64,000 nt of DNA, taken from assembly GCA_964016885.1 (NCBI GenBank), contig OZ024742.1, forward strand, positions 374,418,001-374,482,000, given 5' to 3'. The translations under genes and the position numbers were made by a program. The notes beneath the pieces are model-generated. The model searched no databases, was not told the origin of the DNA, and was given only the letters and a program-made list of their open reading frames with translations. This document shows, piece after piece, positions 40,351 through 53,335 of this stretch (position 1 is the stretch's first letter; each line of letters starts with the position of its first letter). This DNA comes from Eledone cirrhosa (lineage: Eukaryota).

Positions 40351-40492
40351 TGCAGCACGGCCAGCGGATGGCTCCCAATTGCTCATAATAGTGAGAGATG
40401 GAGAGAGTGGGATAGACGGAGGCAGTGACAGTGGGAGTTTGGTTCCTTTGTGTTCGGACCTGGTGTATATATAGATATATATATATATATAT

Positions 40493-41105
40493 GAAGACTA
40501 CATTGGGATGGTCACGTGATGCGCATGAAAGACGACAGTTGTATAAAAAAGTGCAGGGCGATCAAAATTGATGAAAGTTACGGAGTAGGCAGACCCAGAA
40601 AAACCTGGGACGATTTGATAAATTCCGACCTTACACACTTGCACCTCTCTAAGACAATGTCACTGGACCGAGATCTTTGGCACTATGCAGTAATACAGAA
40701 GACCCACCTTGCCTATGTACATTGCGAAACCTACTACAGTCAGTAGGCGCCTCTTAACCACATATACACCCCCATCACACTACCTCTACCCCACTCCCAC
40801 CAACACCACCCATTTCTCTGTAAAGTTATGTTGGTACCACAACATCCAGTCCTAAATAAATGAGGTCGTGTAGGTGTCACAACAAAAAAACACAGTCCAC
40901 ACTGTAATGTGGTCATATAGGTAACACGGTAAAAACCACCCAGTCCATACTGTAAACGTGGTTGGTGTTAGGAAGGGCATCCAGCCATAGAAAACCTGCC
41001 AGACAGTCCTATATGAGCGAGACTACCAATCCTGCTCAAGTGGGACAACTCCCGTCTAAACCCATGCTAGCGTGGAAGATAGATGTTAAACGATGATGAT
41101 GATAT
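40493..41105 (+). mobile_element. RTE 3' end fused to a SINE-like tail ending in (GAT)n
   Basis: RLHWDGHVMRMKDDSCIKKC...GRPRKTW; the downstream part recurs inverted at 60566-60960. Confidence 0.75.
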
Positions 41106-41324
41106 ATATATATATCACAGACATTCTCACAGTATTAGATATAAAAGGAAATTATGACCAGATTATATCATGATTCTGCAAGAACAGAAAATTAGATTCA
41201 GTCAACCCTTTTGTTACCATATTTCTAACCAAATACGATGTGTTTGTGTTTCAAATGATTTTGAAAATTATAAAGAATTTGGAGGGATTTAGTAATATAA
41301 CTAACGTTTTCATTATTTATCTAG

Positions 41325-41526
41325 AGTGGTAGTCAGTAGAGCGTTAGGCACCATGCTTTGCAGCATATAGTTACAGCCCTTCATGCTCTGAGTTCAAATC
41401 CCACTGAAGTTAGCTTTGCCTTTCATCCTTACGGGGTCGATAAAATAAAGCACCAGTAATGCACTAGTCGATTTAATCAACTTTCCCCTTCTCCAAAATT
41501 GTTGACCATGTGTCTAAATCAGAAAG
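41325..41526 (+). mobile_element. Nin-like SINE nested in a family B MITE, with a perfect 14-bp TSD
   Basis: CATTATTTATCTAG at 41311-41324 and 41527-41540. Confidence 0.85.
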
Positions 41527-42204
41527 CATTATTTATCTAGTTTTTTTTAAAACAAACAGGTATTGTTAAACCAAAGCAATTTGGTATCAAAAAGGTTAAT
41601 AGGTTTTCAATGAATTTATATATACAGATTCTGACTACAGAAGCTTAATGTTTATTAACCCTTTAGCATTTAAACTGGCCATATCCAGCCAGAATTCCCT
41701 TACCTCTTTCTGTTCAGACTGGCTATAACTGGCCACTCATACTGATGTTAAGGTATTGTTCTCAAAATAAATATCAAAATCTCATAGATTTGATATTGTG
41801 TGAGATAATAATAGTAAATATAGAGTAATGTAAATGCTAAAGAGTTAAAGTGGAGTTTGAAAACAAATTGAGAAGAGGAACTTTGATATAAGGAACAAAT
41901 TCAATACTGATGGAAAGAAGCAGAGGGTAGAAGTGGTTGAATTATTTAGAATTATTGAACAACTCAAGGGGTGGTTATTGGAAGGGGATGTGGAGTACTA
42001 GGAAGAAAAGGAATATTTTTTAGAGGACTGTCATTGCAAATAAAATGTCACTTTGCGGTATTGAAAGTAGTATGTAAGAGAGGTGATTGCCAAGTGCTTA
42101 AAGTGCATAGAATCTGTGGAAGAGGAAGATATGGGATGAAGTTGAAAGGAATTACCTCAAAAGACTGGATTTCATGAAGGAGATGACAATGACTGAGCAG
42201 GTTG

Positions 42205-42547
42205 GCGATGTCATAATACAAAAGACCTGTCCACTAATACCAGCACTGTGATAGGGATGACACGGGATTGATCTGACTGGTGATTTATCATAATACAAGA
42301 GACTTGTCCACCTCTCTAACCACTGTGACAGAGATGGCACAGGACTGATCTGACTGGTGTAATGTCATAATAGAAAAGACTTGTCCTTGTCCTCCAGTAC
42401 AAACTCTGTGACAGGGATAACACAGGACTGATCTGATTCCTGGTATGTCATTATAGAAAAGACCTGTCCTCCAGTACAAACACTATGACAGAGATGACAC
42501 AGGACTGATCTGACTGGTGATATATCATAATACAAAAGACCTGTCCT
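42205..42547 (+). repeat. Diverged 77-bp tandem repeat, about 4.5 copies
   Basis: CATAATA-type anchor at 42212, 42289, 42366, 42449 and 42526. Confidence 0.85.
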
Positions 42548-44364
42548 CGAGTGTGAACAATCTAGCAAAATAGTTCTAAAATGTTTTCATTCAAACCAGA
42601 ATTTACTATTTTCTATCAATTGTGTTATCTGCCTGACTTTCTCCCTATATGTATATATATTTGTGTGTGTGTGTGTATATATTATGAGGTACCTTTTGTC
42701 ATTGGGATGTCAGTTAATTTTCTCTATGTTAAAGCATTGAAGTTTTTACATATATTGTATCTGTGAGTGTAGCTAGGGAAGCGGATATTAGATGATGACA
42801 GTGATATGTATATGTGTGTGTATATATATACCTTTAATAGTTTGTCATTGAACTGGTGCCATGCTGGGGCACCACCTTCAAGTGTTTAGTAAATCATATC
42901 AATCCCGGTACTTATATTAAGTCTGGCTTGGTGAACATCATCATTGTTTAACATCTATTTTCCACGCTAGTATGGGTTAAACGGGTTTGGCCCATTCCAG
43001 GTAAGATGGGTCATAGACTGGCCTCTCAAATTGGCTGGGGTCTCCATCTTATTTATAATCTCACACTCCACTGGGTGTTCCAGCAGACCAGGCACCTGAT
43101 CTCACTTACAAAACATTCCCAAATTCTACCAAGTGTATTTTATCATGGCACCAGCACTATGAAGGTTGTCATGTCTTTGACGCAACCCAAAAGTCTTCCT
43201 GACACCTTTTTGGGGAGGTTTTCCACTGCTGGATGCCCTTCACGTTACTAACCACTTTACAGCGTGTATTGAGTGTGTTTATCGTGTAAATCACCAACAC
43301 TAGGGATGATGTTTAAAATAACATGACATACCAGCAACTTTAGTAATGTTCTATGACATAGATATAGCAAAGACTGAGCAAGAGATGAAGAAATCAATTT
43401 ATCATCATCATTTTACGTCAGCTTTTCCCTGCCCTGTTTGCAAGGGTGGGACAATTATTATTTTATAATTTAATCTTTACATTCAATAATGAAGATAGTT
43501 GACTTAGTCTATGAAAACCCATCAAACTCTTATTAGCAAGGAATACAGACATTAAATAATGATGATGACTTCATTGCCATAAGTATATATGTTTGTATTG
43601 AAGAATGAAAGTATTTGCTGTTGAATGTGTAGTTGTTAAAATGGATATATTTACATTGTCAATTATATCTTTGACACCCTGTTATATATTGAACTTTGAG
43701 GAGTTAATGCAACTAGTTCTTCTTCACCCACTTATTCCTGAGAGGGTCGTCGCTGCAGAGTCCTCAAACACTCCTTCCAGTGGCTCCTATTAAAAGTAAC
43801 CATCTCCAACTGATCCAGCTGGATCCCCAAGCGAGACCAGCCAAGCTCGTGGATGTTATCCAACTATCTTGCTCAGGGTCTACCTCTGGGTCTCCTACCG
43901 GTTGGTTTTGCTTGTAAAATCTGTCCAGTGATTCTTTCCTGAGACATTCTAACCACATTCCTTACAGTATCGGAGCTGTGATCTCTCAATTCGGAGAAGT
44001 AGCGGCTCTACCTGGAGTAACTCTCTGATCTCCCAGCTACGCACTTTGAGTAACGTTACTTCAATGACTCTTCGGAGGAACCCCATTTTGGCCGCTTGTA
44101 TTCGCAATCGTATTCTTAGTCATTTCCCAAGATTCATGACCATAGGTACTAGTTACAGGACACAAACAAACAGAACCAGTTATTGTGTTGTAAGCATAAA
44201 TACATAAATATAGGCACACACACACATATTTATATAATCCACTAACATCGCTTTGTTACAGTTTGGTGAAGAAACAAAAGGATGAGGCAATGTTACTTAT
44301 AATGTCTGAAAAACAACAGGTTATGTACTATGTATGTGTATATATAATTGTGTGTGTGTGTATG

Positions 44365-44458
44365 CGGGGTGTCCCCAAAAATGTATACAAACTTTATCTG
44401 TTCAGGCAATATTTATTAGAATACTGTTGAAGTGTGTATATATTTTTTGGACACCCTG
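44365..44458. mobile_element. Tc1/mariner-type MITE
   Basis: TIRs CGGGGTGTCCCCAAAAA / TTTTTTGGACACCCTG followed by TA; partial copy at about 61700-61772. Confidence 0.65.
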
Positions 44459-44477
44459 TATGTATGTATGTATGTAT

Positions 44478-44922
44478 GGAGCTCTTAAGAGTCAATGGTC
44501 ATCCAAAATCACCGGGAGAGATGACCCCTTAGCCTTTGTCAAGGCAGAATTCGAGGAGAAGGAAGACTCTGATATAACACCTGCAACTCTGATGGTATCC
44601 AATGATGTTGACTTGTTCTTCTTTTTGGTAAATATCATCTTGGTTAAGAGAGTGGGACTGGCTTTGTGCAGTGCCTTTGCTCACTATAAAAGCTTCACGG
44701 CACAGGCATTGCTTTATATCTGGAGATCTCTCTGCACTTGCCGTCACATGGTACCATGGGCCCAGCACTATGTGTCAGTAATTGTCACAGGTGTAGTGTT
44801 TGTACCAGAGTTTTCAGGTGGCTGGCTGGACTAAAAAGTTACACTCATTCAGCGCATCGGTAGGGGTTCTCCTACATGGATATAAAGTAGTGGCCGTACT
44901 CGAAAGCGAGTTGGCAGCCACC
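44478..44922 (+). mobile_element. GC-richer insertion resembling an RTE 5' UTR
   Basis: GGAGAAGGAAGACTCTGAT..AAC..CC resembles a recalled conserved RTE 5'-UTR block; flanked by (ATGT)n on both sides. Confidence 0.4.
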
Positions 44923-44939
44923 ATGTATGTATATATATA

Positions 44940-45280
44940 TCATCATCATCATTTCATTTTACGTCCGCTTTTCCCTGCTTGCAAGGGTGGGATGGGAACT
45001 GATTCTGGCTTGATTTCTACAGCTGGATGCCCTTCCTAACACCAACCTCATTTACAGTGAGGGCTGGGTGCTTTTTTGCCGTGGCACCTCCACGACCACT
45101 TTACAGTGGAATGATAGGGACCTCAGTCCCTATCATCTCATTTCTACAGCTGAGTAAACTGGAACAATGTGAAATAAAGTGTCTTGCTCAAGGAAACAAC
45201 ACATCACCCGGTCTGAGAAATGAACTCACAACCTTTCGATTGCAAGGCCAATGCTCTAACCACTAAGCCATGTGCCTCCA
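44940..45280 (-). mobile_element. Young tRNA/CORE-like SINE with RTE-type (GAT)n tail
   Basis: Nearly identical inverted copy at 60981-61315; 3' piece at 63823-63890. Confidence 0.85.
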
Positions 45281-45297
45281 TATATATATAGATAGAT

Positions 45298-48200
45298 TTC
45301 TTTATTTACCATAAAGGCATAAAAAGAAGGGACAAATACAAAGGGGGAGTTTACATATAATCGAGTAAAAAGGGTGTAACATGAAAATAATCGAAAATAA
45401 CCTCAAAAGGGAGGGGACGTGATGGGGGTTGCACACACCCCCGAAAAAGTGTGCAATCCTTTGCCCGGGGAGCACATGGAGAAGGTGCTCCCTTCTTTAC
45501 TTCTTTACCTACAGGATGGTATACAGAGAAGGCCCATTTAACACGAGCCATTCTCGCCACTATCACCCACCTTTCATAAAACTGCCTGTGGCCAAGTACC
45601 TCTCTCTCCATTCTTATCCTTCTTCCGAAGTGATATCGGAAGAAGTAGACCAGACTATGGCCAGTGAGGAAGTTGCCTGACCTCAGACCTTTCAATCGTG
45701 TCCACCAAACAACCTCTTTCAACATGGCTATTACGCACAGAAAAACCGCCTTTGCTTCCTTTGTGAAGAGGGGAGGCGGTTTGATTGTCATCACGGACTC
45801 GGCGGTCAATTTAATCGGCGCCACCCGCGACAGCAGTCGATCGACGTAGCCCCACAGATCAGCCACGCCCGGACATTGCACCAATGCGTGCGCAACGGTT
45901 TCTTCGTGACGCACGCATCTAGGGCAAATCTTTTTTGAGGGATCCCTGCCCGGGCGCCCGTGTCTGTAGAGCCTCTCTCGAACGGGTAGAGCCCCCCGGT
46001 AGCACTGCCAGGCCAGTGACTTCTGGAAGTTGTCCATTGGTCCTGGGCCGAAAGTCCTACCGAACAGGCTGGCCAGTTCGTCTTCTTCCATGTCCAGCGA
46101 CTCTCCAAGGGTGTCATCGCCCCTGCTAGCCACCAGCCCTCTATAGAATGATGAGGTGGATTCTCCACCGATGGCCTGGCCCGCTTGCCAGAGAGCCCTG
46201 AGCGCCTGAGCACACTCAGTGTGCCAGTCTCCCAGTTTTCCGGATCTTTGCTTGACTCAGGACTGTAGTTCGGTGAGCGAGACGAGTCTCGGAAAGGCTC
46301 GTTTCACGAACGGAGCCCACACCGGTTGACCAGTGAGGAATACCTGTAGGTGCCGTAGCCTTAATGCGTGCCTACGCATCATCAACCACGGCATCCCCAG
46401 CCCTCCTTTCGAAGGTTGTTGGCAGCAGATGGATCTTCTCACCATAGGAGGGCGCTTCTTCCAAAGAAATTGGAAGAGCATGCGTTCCATGGTGGTGAGC
46501 GTTTCCTTAGGGCAAGGCACGACAGTCAGGCGGTAGTAAGTGACGGACGCTATGTAAATGTTCGCCACCTCCGCCCGGCCTTTTAGGGACAGCTTACACT
46601 TGGCCCATTTCTGGGTTAGTGCAAACACCTTGTTCGTAACCTCGTTCCAGTTCTTTTCCACCTGGAGGTCCGGTCCAAACCAGACCCCAAGCAACTTTAC
46701 CGGGCCCTCCGTCCAGTGTCCGACGACACCGTCAGGAGGCATCGGTCTGCCTCTCCACGTTCCGAGTTGCAGCCCGATGGATTTTTCCCGGTTCAGTTTC
46801 GCTCCTGACAACCTTTCGTACTCCTCCAGTAAGGTACCGATCGCCTCGATCTCCGAGTCGGTCGATACCATTACTGTTACGTCATCGGCGTAGGCCGACA
46901 CCGCTTTGCTCAATCCTGGTTCCAGGGGGATACCCTGCAACAACTCCAACTTCCTCAGTAAAGGCTCGAGAGTCAATACGTACAGAAGGGAGGAGAGAGG
47001 GCACCCCTGTCGAATGGATCGTGATTTCGAACGGCTTCGAAAGGTAGCCGTTCACCTTGATCCTAGAACAGATGTGGTTGCTATGTAAGGCAGTGATCCA
47101 GCCTCTGAAAACAGGACCGAACCCAGCCGCCGCTAGCACCGCATCCAGTTAACCATGGTCGACCCTATCGAACGCCTTAGACTGATCCAAGTTGATCAGG
47201 GCCCCACCGAAGCCGGGTTTGTTGCCAACCCTCTCTATGATGTATCGCATGAGGTGGAGGTTATCGTGAATGGACCTGGATGGGATAGCACATGTCTGCG
47301 CATCTCCCACCAGGCCACCCACGACAAGCGCCAACCTCTTTGCTAACACCTTGGCCAAAATCTTTAACTCTGTGTTTAGCAGGGTTATGGGCCGAAAATT
47401 ATTTATACTATCTCCCTTGTTCTCGTCCTTCCTCACCAGCGTGACTACGCCCTTGGCTACAGAATAAGGAATTCTCCCGTTCTGCTGCCAATTGCAGTAG
47501 ACCGCTTCGAGGAGTTCGGAGAAGAAGACCGGCATTGCTAAATAAAGTTCGTAAGGTATACCATCGAGACCTGGAGATTTGCGTCTGCTGCATTGGCTCA
47601 GCGCATCTCCGATCTCATCAGCCGAGATTGGTCCCTCGCAGGACTCTGCCTCTTCGCTCGAGAGACGCGGCAGGCCGTCGAGGTATGGACCGAAATCCAC
47701 GCCCCCGCCCGGACCCTCGCCTCCCCCGAACAATCGGGCAAAGTGCCTTTGAAAGGCCTCGCACATCTGCTTAGGCTCCCGGATCACCCGTCCATCTTCG
47801 TCTTGCAACGACCGGATGGTGGATCGATTTCCACTCTTAGCTTCTGTCACGCGGGCCCAGCCAACGGCTTTGGCCCCTCATTACCTAGAGCACGTATTTT
47901 ACTTCGAATGACGCAGCCTTCGTGCTTTGCATCGAAAAACTGGTTCAAGGCCGTCCTCGATGCCAGCACTCTGGCCACATCTTCGCTCTTGCCTCTTCTA
48001 ATTTACCTGTTAATTCTTTCTCGTTTCTATTCCTATCGGCAGCTAACATCTTGCTATAACTTATTGATTCTGTTCTAATCTCTCTTTTGAGAGATGCCCA
48101 CCATCGGTTGTTGACGATTGCACCCGTCAACCTCTCCTTAACTAATCTGCTAATCCGGTTTCTGTAAGTCTCTTTTGCCGGTAAAGACAAATTAAGTTTC

Positions 48201-48463
48201 CAGTAACCGGGACCCTGTTTATGTGTTTTCTCGAGATTGACTACGCAGGTCACTAATTTGTGATCCGTGTAGCCAACCGTGCGCATTTCTGGACAGCTTA
48301 ATATGTCCCTATCCTTACTTCTAACTAAGAATCTATCTAAGTACGATCTAGATTGACCACTGTGGTTTCTCCAAGTCCAGGTAGGCACAGTTGGAAAATC
48401 TAGTCGATATCTATCGACCAAGTTAAAACGGTCGAGTAACCCCTTGAGGATGTTACACCCCCC
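45298..48463 (-). mobile_element. 5'-truncated L1/Tx1-clade LINE (partial APE endonuclease, RT, C-terminal CCHC zinc finger), frameshifted
   Basis: TW...SYLDRFLV, TDHKLV, GYWKLN; KSPGLDGIPYELY, NFRPITLLNTELKILAK, DQSKAFDRVDH; AYADDVT; CPRC...ETVAHALVQC; AATAAA near the 3' end; GC-rich relative to the flanks; ORF2 broken into several pieces. Confidence 0.93.
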
Positions 48464-48954
48464 TATAGATAGATAGATAGATATGTGTGTATGTGTAAGG
48501 TGGTAGTGTCAGTCACAATAAAATGCTCTAAGTACACGCTGTGAATTGGTTGATGTTAAGAAGAGCATCTAGCCATAGAAACCAAGGCCAAACATGGAGC
48601 ATAGGAACAACCCATGTCTCTCATGTAAACATGGAGAGTAGGAACAACCCATAATCTATATACAGTTTACAGTGCTATATATAATCTACATAGTCTACAG
48701 TGATGGACGTTCCCTTCAATTGTCAACTAAAAATGTTTCCACCACCTCCCAACTGTGTCACTCCTACTAGAAGTACCAAGCAATGTTAATACTAACGGGA
48801 AATATCGAGGTTTTGACTTAATCTATAGCATACCACAAGCTTGGTGCTTCTGTAACCACACCAGTGATTCAGATGTGTGTTAGCACTTGATAGTTGTTGG
48901 AAGAATAATACAAATAACACTAAGAAAATTACATAGACCATCACTATCACAATA

Positions 48955-51100
48955 TGTGGTTGTGTAGGTGTCATGAGAAAAAGCACCCAGCCCACACTGT
49001 AAAGTGGTTGTGTAGGTGTCATGAGAAAAAGCACTCAGCCCACACTGTAAAGTGGTTGTGTAGGTGTCATGAAAAAAAGCACCCAGCCCACACTGTAAAG
49101 TGGTTGTGTAGGTGTCATGAGAAAAAGCACTCAGCCCACACTGTAAAGTGGTTGTGTAGGTGTCATGAAAAAAAGCACCCAGCCCACACTGTAAAGTGGT
49201 TGTGTAGGTGTCATGAGAAAAAGCACTCAGCCCACACTGTAAAGTGGTTGTGTAGGTGTCATGAGAAAAAGCACCCAGCCCACACTGTAAAGTGGTTGTG
49301 TAGATGTCATGAGAAAAAGCACTCAGCCCACACTGTAAAGTGGTTGTGTAGGTGTCATGAAAAAAAGCACTCAGCCCACACTGTAAAGTGGTTGTGTAGG
49401 TGTCATGAGAAAAAGCACTCAGCCCACACTGTAAAGTGGTTGTGTAGGTGTCATGAGAAAAAGCACTCAGCCCACACTGTAAAGTGGTTGTGTAGGTGTC
49501 ATGAGAAAAAGCACCCAGCCCACACTGTAAAGTGGTTGTGTAGGTGTCATGAGAAAAAGCACTCAGCCCACACTGTAAAGTGGTTGTGTAGGTGTCATGA
49601 AAAAAAGCACCCAGCCCACACTGTAAAGTGGTTGTGTAGGTGTCATGAGAAAAAGCACTCAGCCCACACTGTAAAGTGGTTGTGTAGGTGTCATGAGAAA
49701 AAGCACCCAGCCCACACTGTAAAGTGGTTGTGTAGGTGTCATGAGAAAAAGCACTCAGCCCACACTGTAAAGTGGTCTTGTAGGTGTCATGACAAAAAGT
49801 ACCCAGTCCTCACTGTAAAGTGGTCTTGTAGGTGTCATGATAAAAAGTACCCAGCCCACACTGTAAAGTGGTTGTGTAGGTGTCATGAAAAAAAGCACCC
49901 AGCCCACACTGTAAAGTGGTTGTGTAGGTGTCATGAGAAAAAGCACTCAGCCCACACTGTAAAGTGGTTGTGTAGGTGTCATGAGAAAAAGCACTCGGCC
50001 CACACTGTAAAGTGGTCATGTAGGTGTCACAATAAAAAGCACCCAGCCTACACTGTAAAGTGGTCATATAGGTCATAAAAAGCACCCAGTCCACACTGTA
50101 AAGTGGTCATATAGGTCATAAAAAGCACCCAGTCCTCACTGTAAAGTGGTCATGTAGGTGTCATGATAAAAAGCACCCAGTTCACACTGTAAAGTGGTCA
50201 TGTAGGTGTCATGATCAAAAGCACCCAGTCCACACTGTAAAGTGGTCGTGTAGGTGTCACAATAAAAAGTACCCAGTTCACACTGTAAGTGGTCATGTAG
50301 GTGTCATGATAAAAAGTACCCAGTCCACACTGTAAAGTGGTCATGTAGGTGTCATGATAAAAAGTACCCAGTCCACACTGTAAAGTGGTCTTGTAGGTGT
50401 CATGACAAAAAGTACCCAGTCCACACTGTAAAGTGGTCTTGTAGGTGTCATGATAAAAAGTACCCAGTCCTCACTGTAAAGTGGTCTTGTAGGTGTCATG
50501 ACAAAAAGTACCCAGTCCTCACTGTAAAGTGGTCTTGTAGGTGTCATGATAAAAAGTACCCAGTCCTCACTGTAAAGTGGTCTTGTAGGTGTCATGACAA
50601 AAAGTACCCAGTCCTCACTGTAAAGTGGTCTTGTAGGTGTCATGATAAAAAGTACCCAGTCCACACTGTAAAGTGGTCTTGTAGGTGTCATGACAAAAGT
50701 ACCCAGTCCTCACTGTAAAGTGGTCTTGTAGGTGTCATGATAAAAAGTACCCAGTCCTCACTGTAAAGTGGTCTTGTAGGTGTCATGATAAAAAGTACCC
50801 AGTCCTCACTGTAAAGTGGTCTTGTAGGTGTCATGATAAAAAGTACCCAGTCCTCACTGTAAAGTGGTCTTGTAGGTGTCATGATAAAAAGTACCCAGTC
50901 CACACTGTAAAGTGGTCTTGTAGGTGTCATGACAAAAAGTACCCAGTCCTCACTGTAAAGTGGTCTTGTAGGTGTCATGATAAAAAGTACCCAGTCCTCA
51001 CTGTAAAGTGGTCTTGTAGGTGTCATAAAAAACTCAGCATACACTGTAACTGGCCGTGTAGGTGTTAGGATAAAAATCACTCAGTCCACACTGTAAATGG
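48955..51100 (+). repeat. 48-bp minisatellite, about 44 copies, derived from a SINE internal segment
   Basis: Unit TGTAAAGTGGTTGTGTAGGTGTCATGAGAAAAAGCACCCAGCCCACAC; runs directly into the SINE tail AGGAAGGGCATCCAGCTGTAGAAACC at about 51111. Confidence 0.95.
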
Positions 51101-52362
51101 GGTTGGCTTTAGGAAGGGCATCCAGCTGTAGAAACCAAGCCAGAAGCAGTTCTGTATGAGCAAGACAGGGTCATCTGATTTGGCTTGTCTCAATGGAACC
51201 ACCCATGGAGGAATGAATGTTAAATGATGTGGGAGGCCAGTCTCCAACATGTAGGACCCTAAGAACATGTCACCACAGACAATATAGAAAGCCTTATTGT
51301 GGAAGATAGCAAGATAATCATTTCAACTCTCAGGGGATCCCTCTAATAGCAGCCAGGTACAACATATTGGATCTAATTACAACATTTCACCTGAAGCATG
51401 TTTATATTTTTATAATCAAATTAATTTATATTTTTAATTTTGATTTAATCTAAAATTTGCACATGGTAATAGGACTAAATAAATAAATAAATAAATAAAA
51501 AACGACTGATAATTTTATTTTTTTATGCAATTTAGAAAAGAATAAAAATAAAGGTTATTTAGTCTTTCACGTTAGTATGGAATTAAGAAACTATTTTCAG
51601 TTGTGTTTGGTATAACTAATGATGAGGATGAATCATAAACTCAGTTAATTTCATAGTCTGTTCCAGCAATCAGTACACACTAGTGCAAGGTTGTTTGGGG
51701 GGTGTACAATCTATATATAAATTTGAGAGACTTCCGTCCATCACATAATGTGTTTGTGTCAATGTATGTGTGTAGAAGGAAGGGAATGGTGAAAAGGCTA
51801 TAGCAAAACTGCAGCCGGTGTTCCATTTGCTATGCTGTGTGTGTATTTGTGTGAATGTATGTCTGTGAGTGTGTACTTTTGTACAGTGTCTATTTGCTTG
51901 TTTATATTTATATACTCATACATATAAATGTATGCCATATGTACACACACACACACACCTACATATACACACTTGTTGAAAAAACTCCTAGTTGTTTTAA
52001 ACTGCTAGATATTTCTAAAGTAAAAGAACTATGCCTTAGACCTGCCATCACACTAGAGTCAAATGATCTATACCAGGTCTCCTTCAGGAACATCTCAGCC
52101 ACATTCATTAACAATGTTTCACATATTTTTTCTCTTTTAGATTTGTTTTTTTTTTTCCTCTTTTCAGCTGTTCCATTTCCAACTTCCTTTTTTCTATTCT
52201 TTTGCTGGTTTCAGTCATCAGGTTATGGCCATGCTGGGGCTCTACCTTGATTCGTCGATCACTCGACTCTAGTACTTATTTTATCAATTTTTTAAAAATT
52301 TTATTTTAGTCGAACTGCTAAGTTATAGAACATAAACACAGGCACTCACACACACATACCCA

Positions 52363-52493
52363 CATCAAGTTTAATATAGAAATGGCTTCTTACAGGACTA
52401 GAACTGTTTCATACAAAATAAATAATCAGAACGATTTCTTTTGAATGAAACGGTTCTAGTCTTGTAGAAGCCATTTCTATATTAAACTTGATG
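52363..52493. repeat. Fold-back inverted repeat, ~50-bp arms, ~32-bp spacer
   Basis: CATCAAGTTTAATATAGAAATGGCTTCT...TTTCAT / ATGAAACGG...AGAAGCCATTTCTATATTAAACTTGATG. Confidence 0.9.
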
Positions 52494-52619
52494 CCTACAC
52501 TCTACTAATGTATTGAGTACTTTACTCTGGTCACCCTCGATTGAACCCAGGACACACACGTATAGTTATACTTTGGGAGGGTCATGCTGCCAATAAAAAC
52601 ACAGCAATGTTGCCAATAA

Positions 52620-53335
52620 AAACACAACAATGTTGCATGGTAGTGAGACCTGGGCACTGAAGGTGGAAGACTTGTGTAGATTAGAGAGAAACGAAGCCTG
52701 CATGCTCCGATGGATGTGTAACAGTAATATACGTGAATGACAAAGCATAAATGAATTGAGAGAGAGACTGAGCATAAGAGGAATCAAATGCTGCGTGCAG
52801 GAGAGGCAGTTGCGCTGGTATGGACATGTGATGCGTATGAAGGATGACAGCTGCATAAAAAGGTGCAGAGCACTAGAAGTTGATGGAAACCGCGGAGTGG
52901 GGAGACCCAAGAAGACCTGGGATGAGGTGATAAAAGCCGACCTTACCCAATTACACCTCTCAAAGGCAATGACACACGACCGTGACTTCTGGCGTCACTC
53001 AGTAATACAGGGTACCCGACCTCCCATGGGTACAAGCTGAAGCATATAGACAATATGCCCCCACACCGCAAGGTGGTCGTGGAGGTGCCACGGCAAAAAA
53101 GCGCCCAGCCCACACTGTAAAGTGGACGTGTAGGCGACACGAAAAAGCACCCAGCACTCACTGTAAATGAGGTTGGTGTTAGGAAGGGCATCCAGCTGTA
53201 GAAATCAAGCCAAATCAGTTCCTGTATGAGCAAGGCATGGTCAGCCGACCAGACACTGCCCACAACAGGACAACCCGTCTAACCCATGCTAGCGTGGAAG
53301 AACGGACGTAAAACGGTGATGATGATGATGATGAC
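52620..53335 (+). mobile_element. Well-preserved RTE LINE 3' end plus SINE-shared tail
   Basis: MLHGSETWAL...LERNEACMLRWMC...QERQLRWYGHVMRM...GRPKKTWDEVIK; ends in (GAT)n. Confidence 0.88.

Noticed and set aside
44262-44319. AG...GT-bounded candidate exon (LVKKQKDEAMLLIMSEKQQ)
   Set aside because: The phase required after exon E gives an immediate TGA; no DZF similarity.
48954-50078. 374-aa Cys/His-rich repeat protein ORF
   Set aside because: A stop-free frame of a 48-bp (16-codon) SINE-derived minisatellite; no splice or other coding evidence.
51615-51650. Hammerhead-like TAATGATGAGG...AAAC motif
   Set aside because: Core boxes are mutated and there is no credible stem II.
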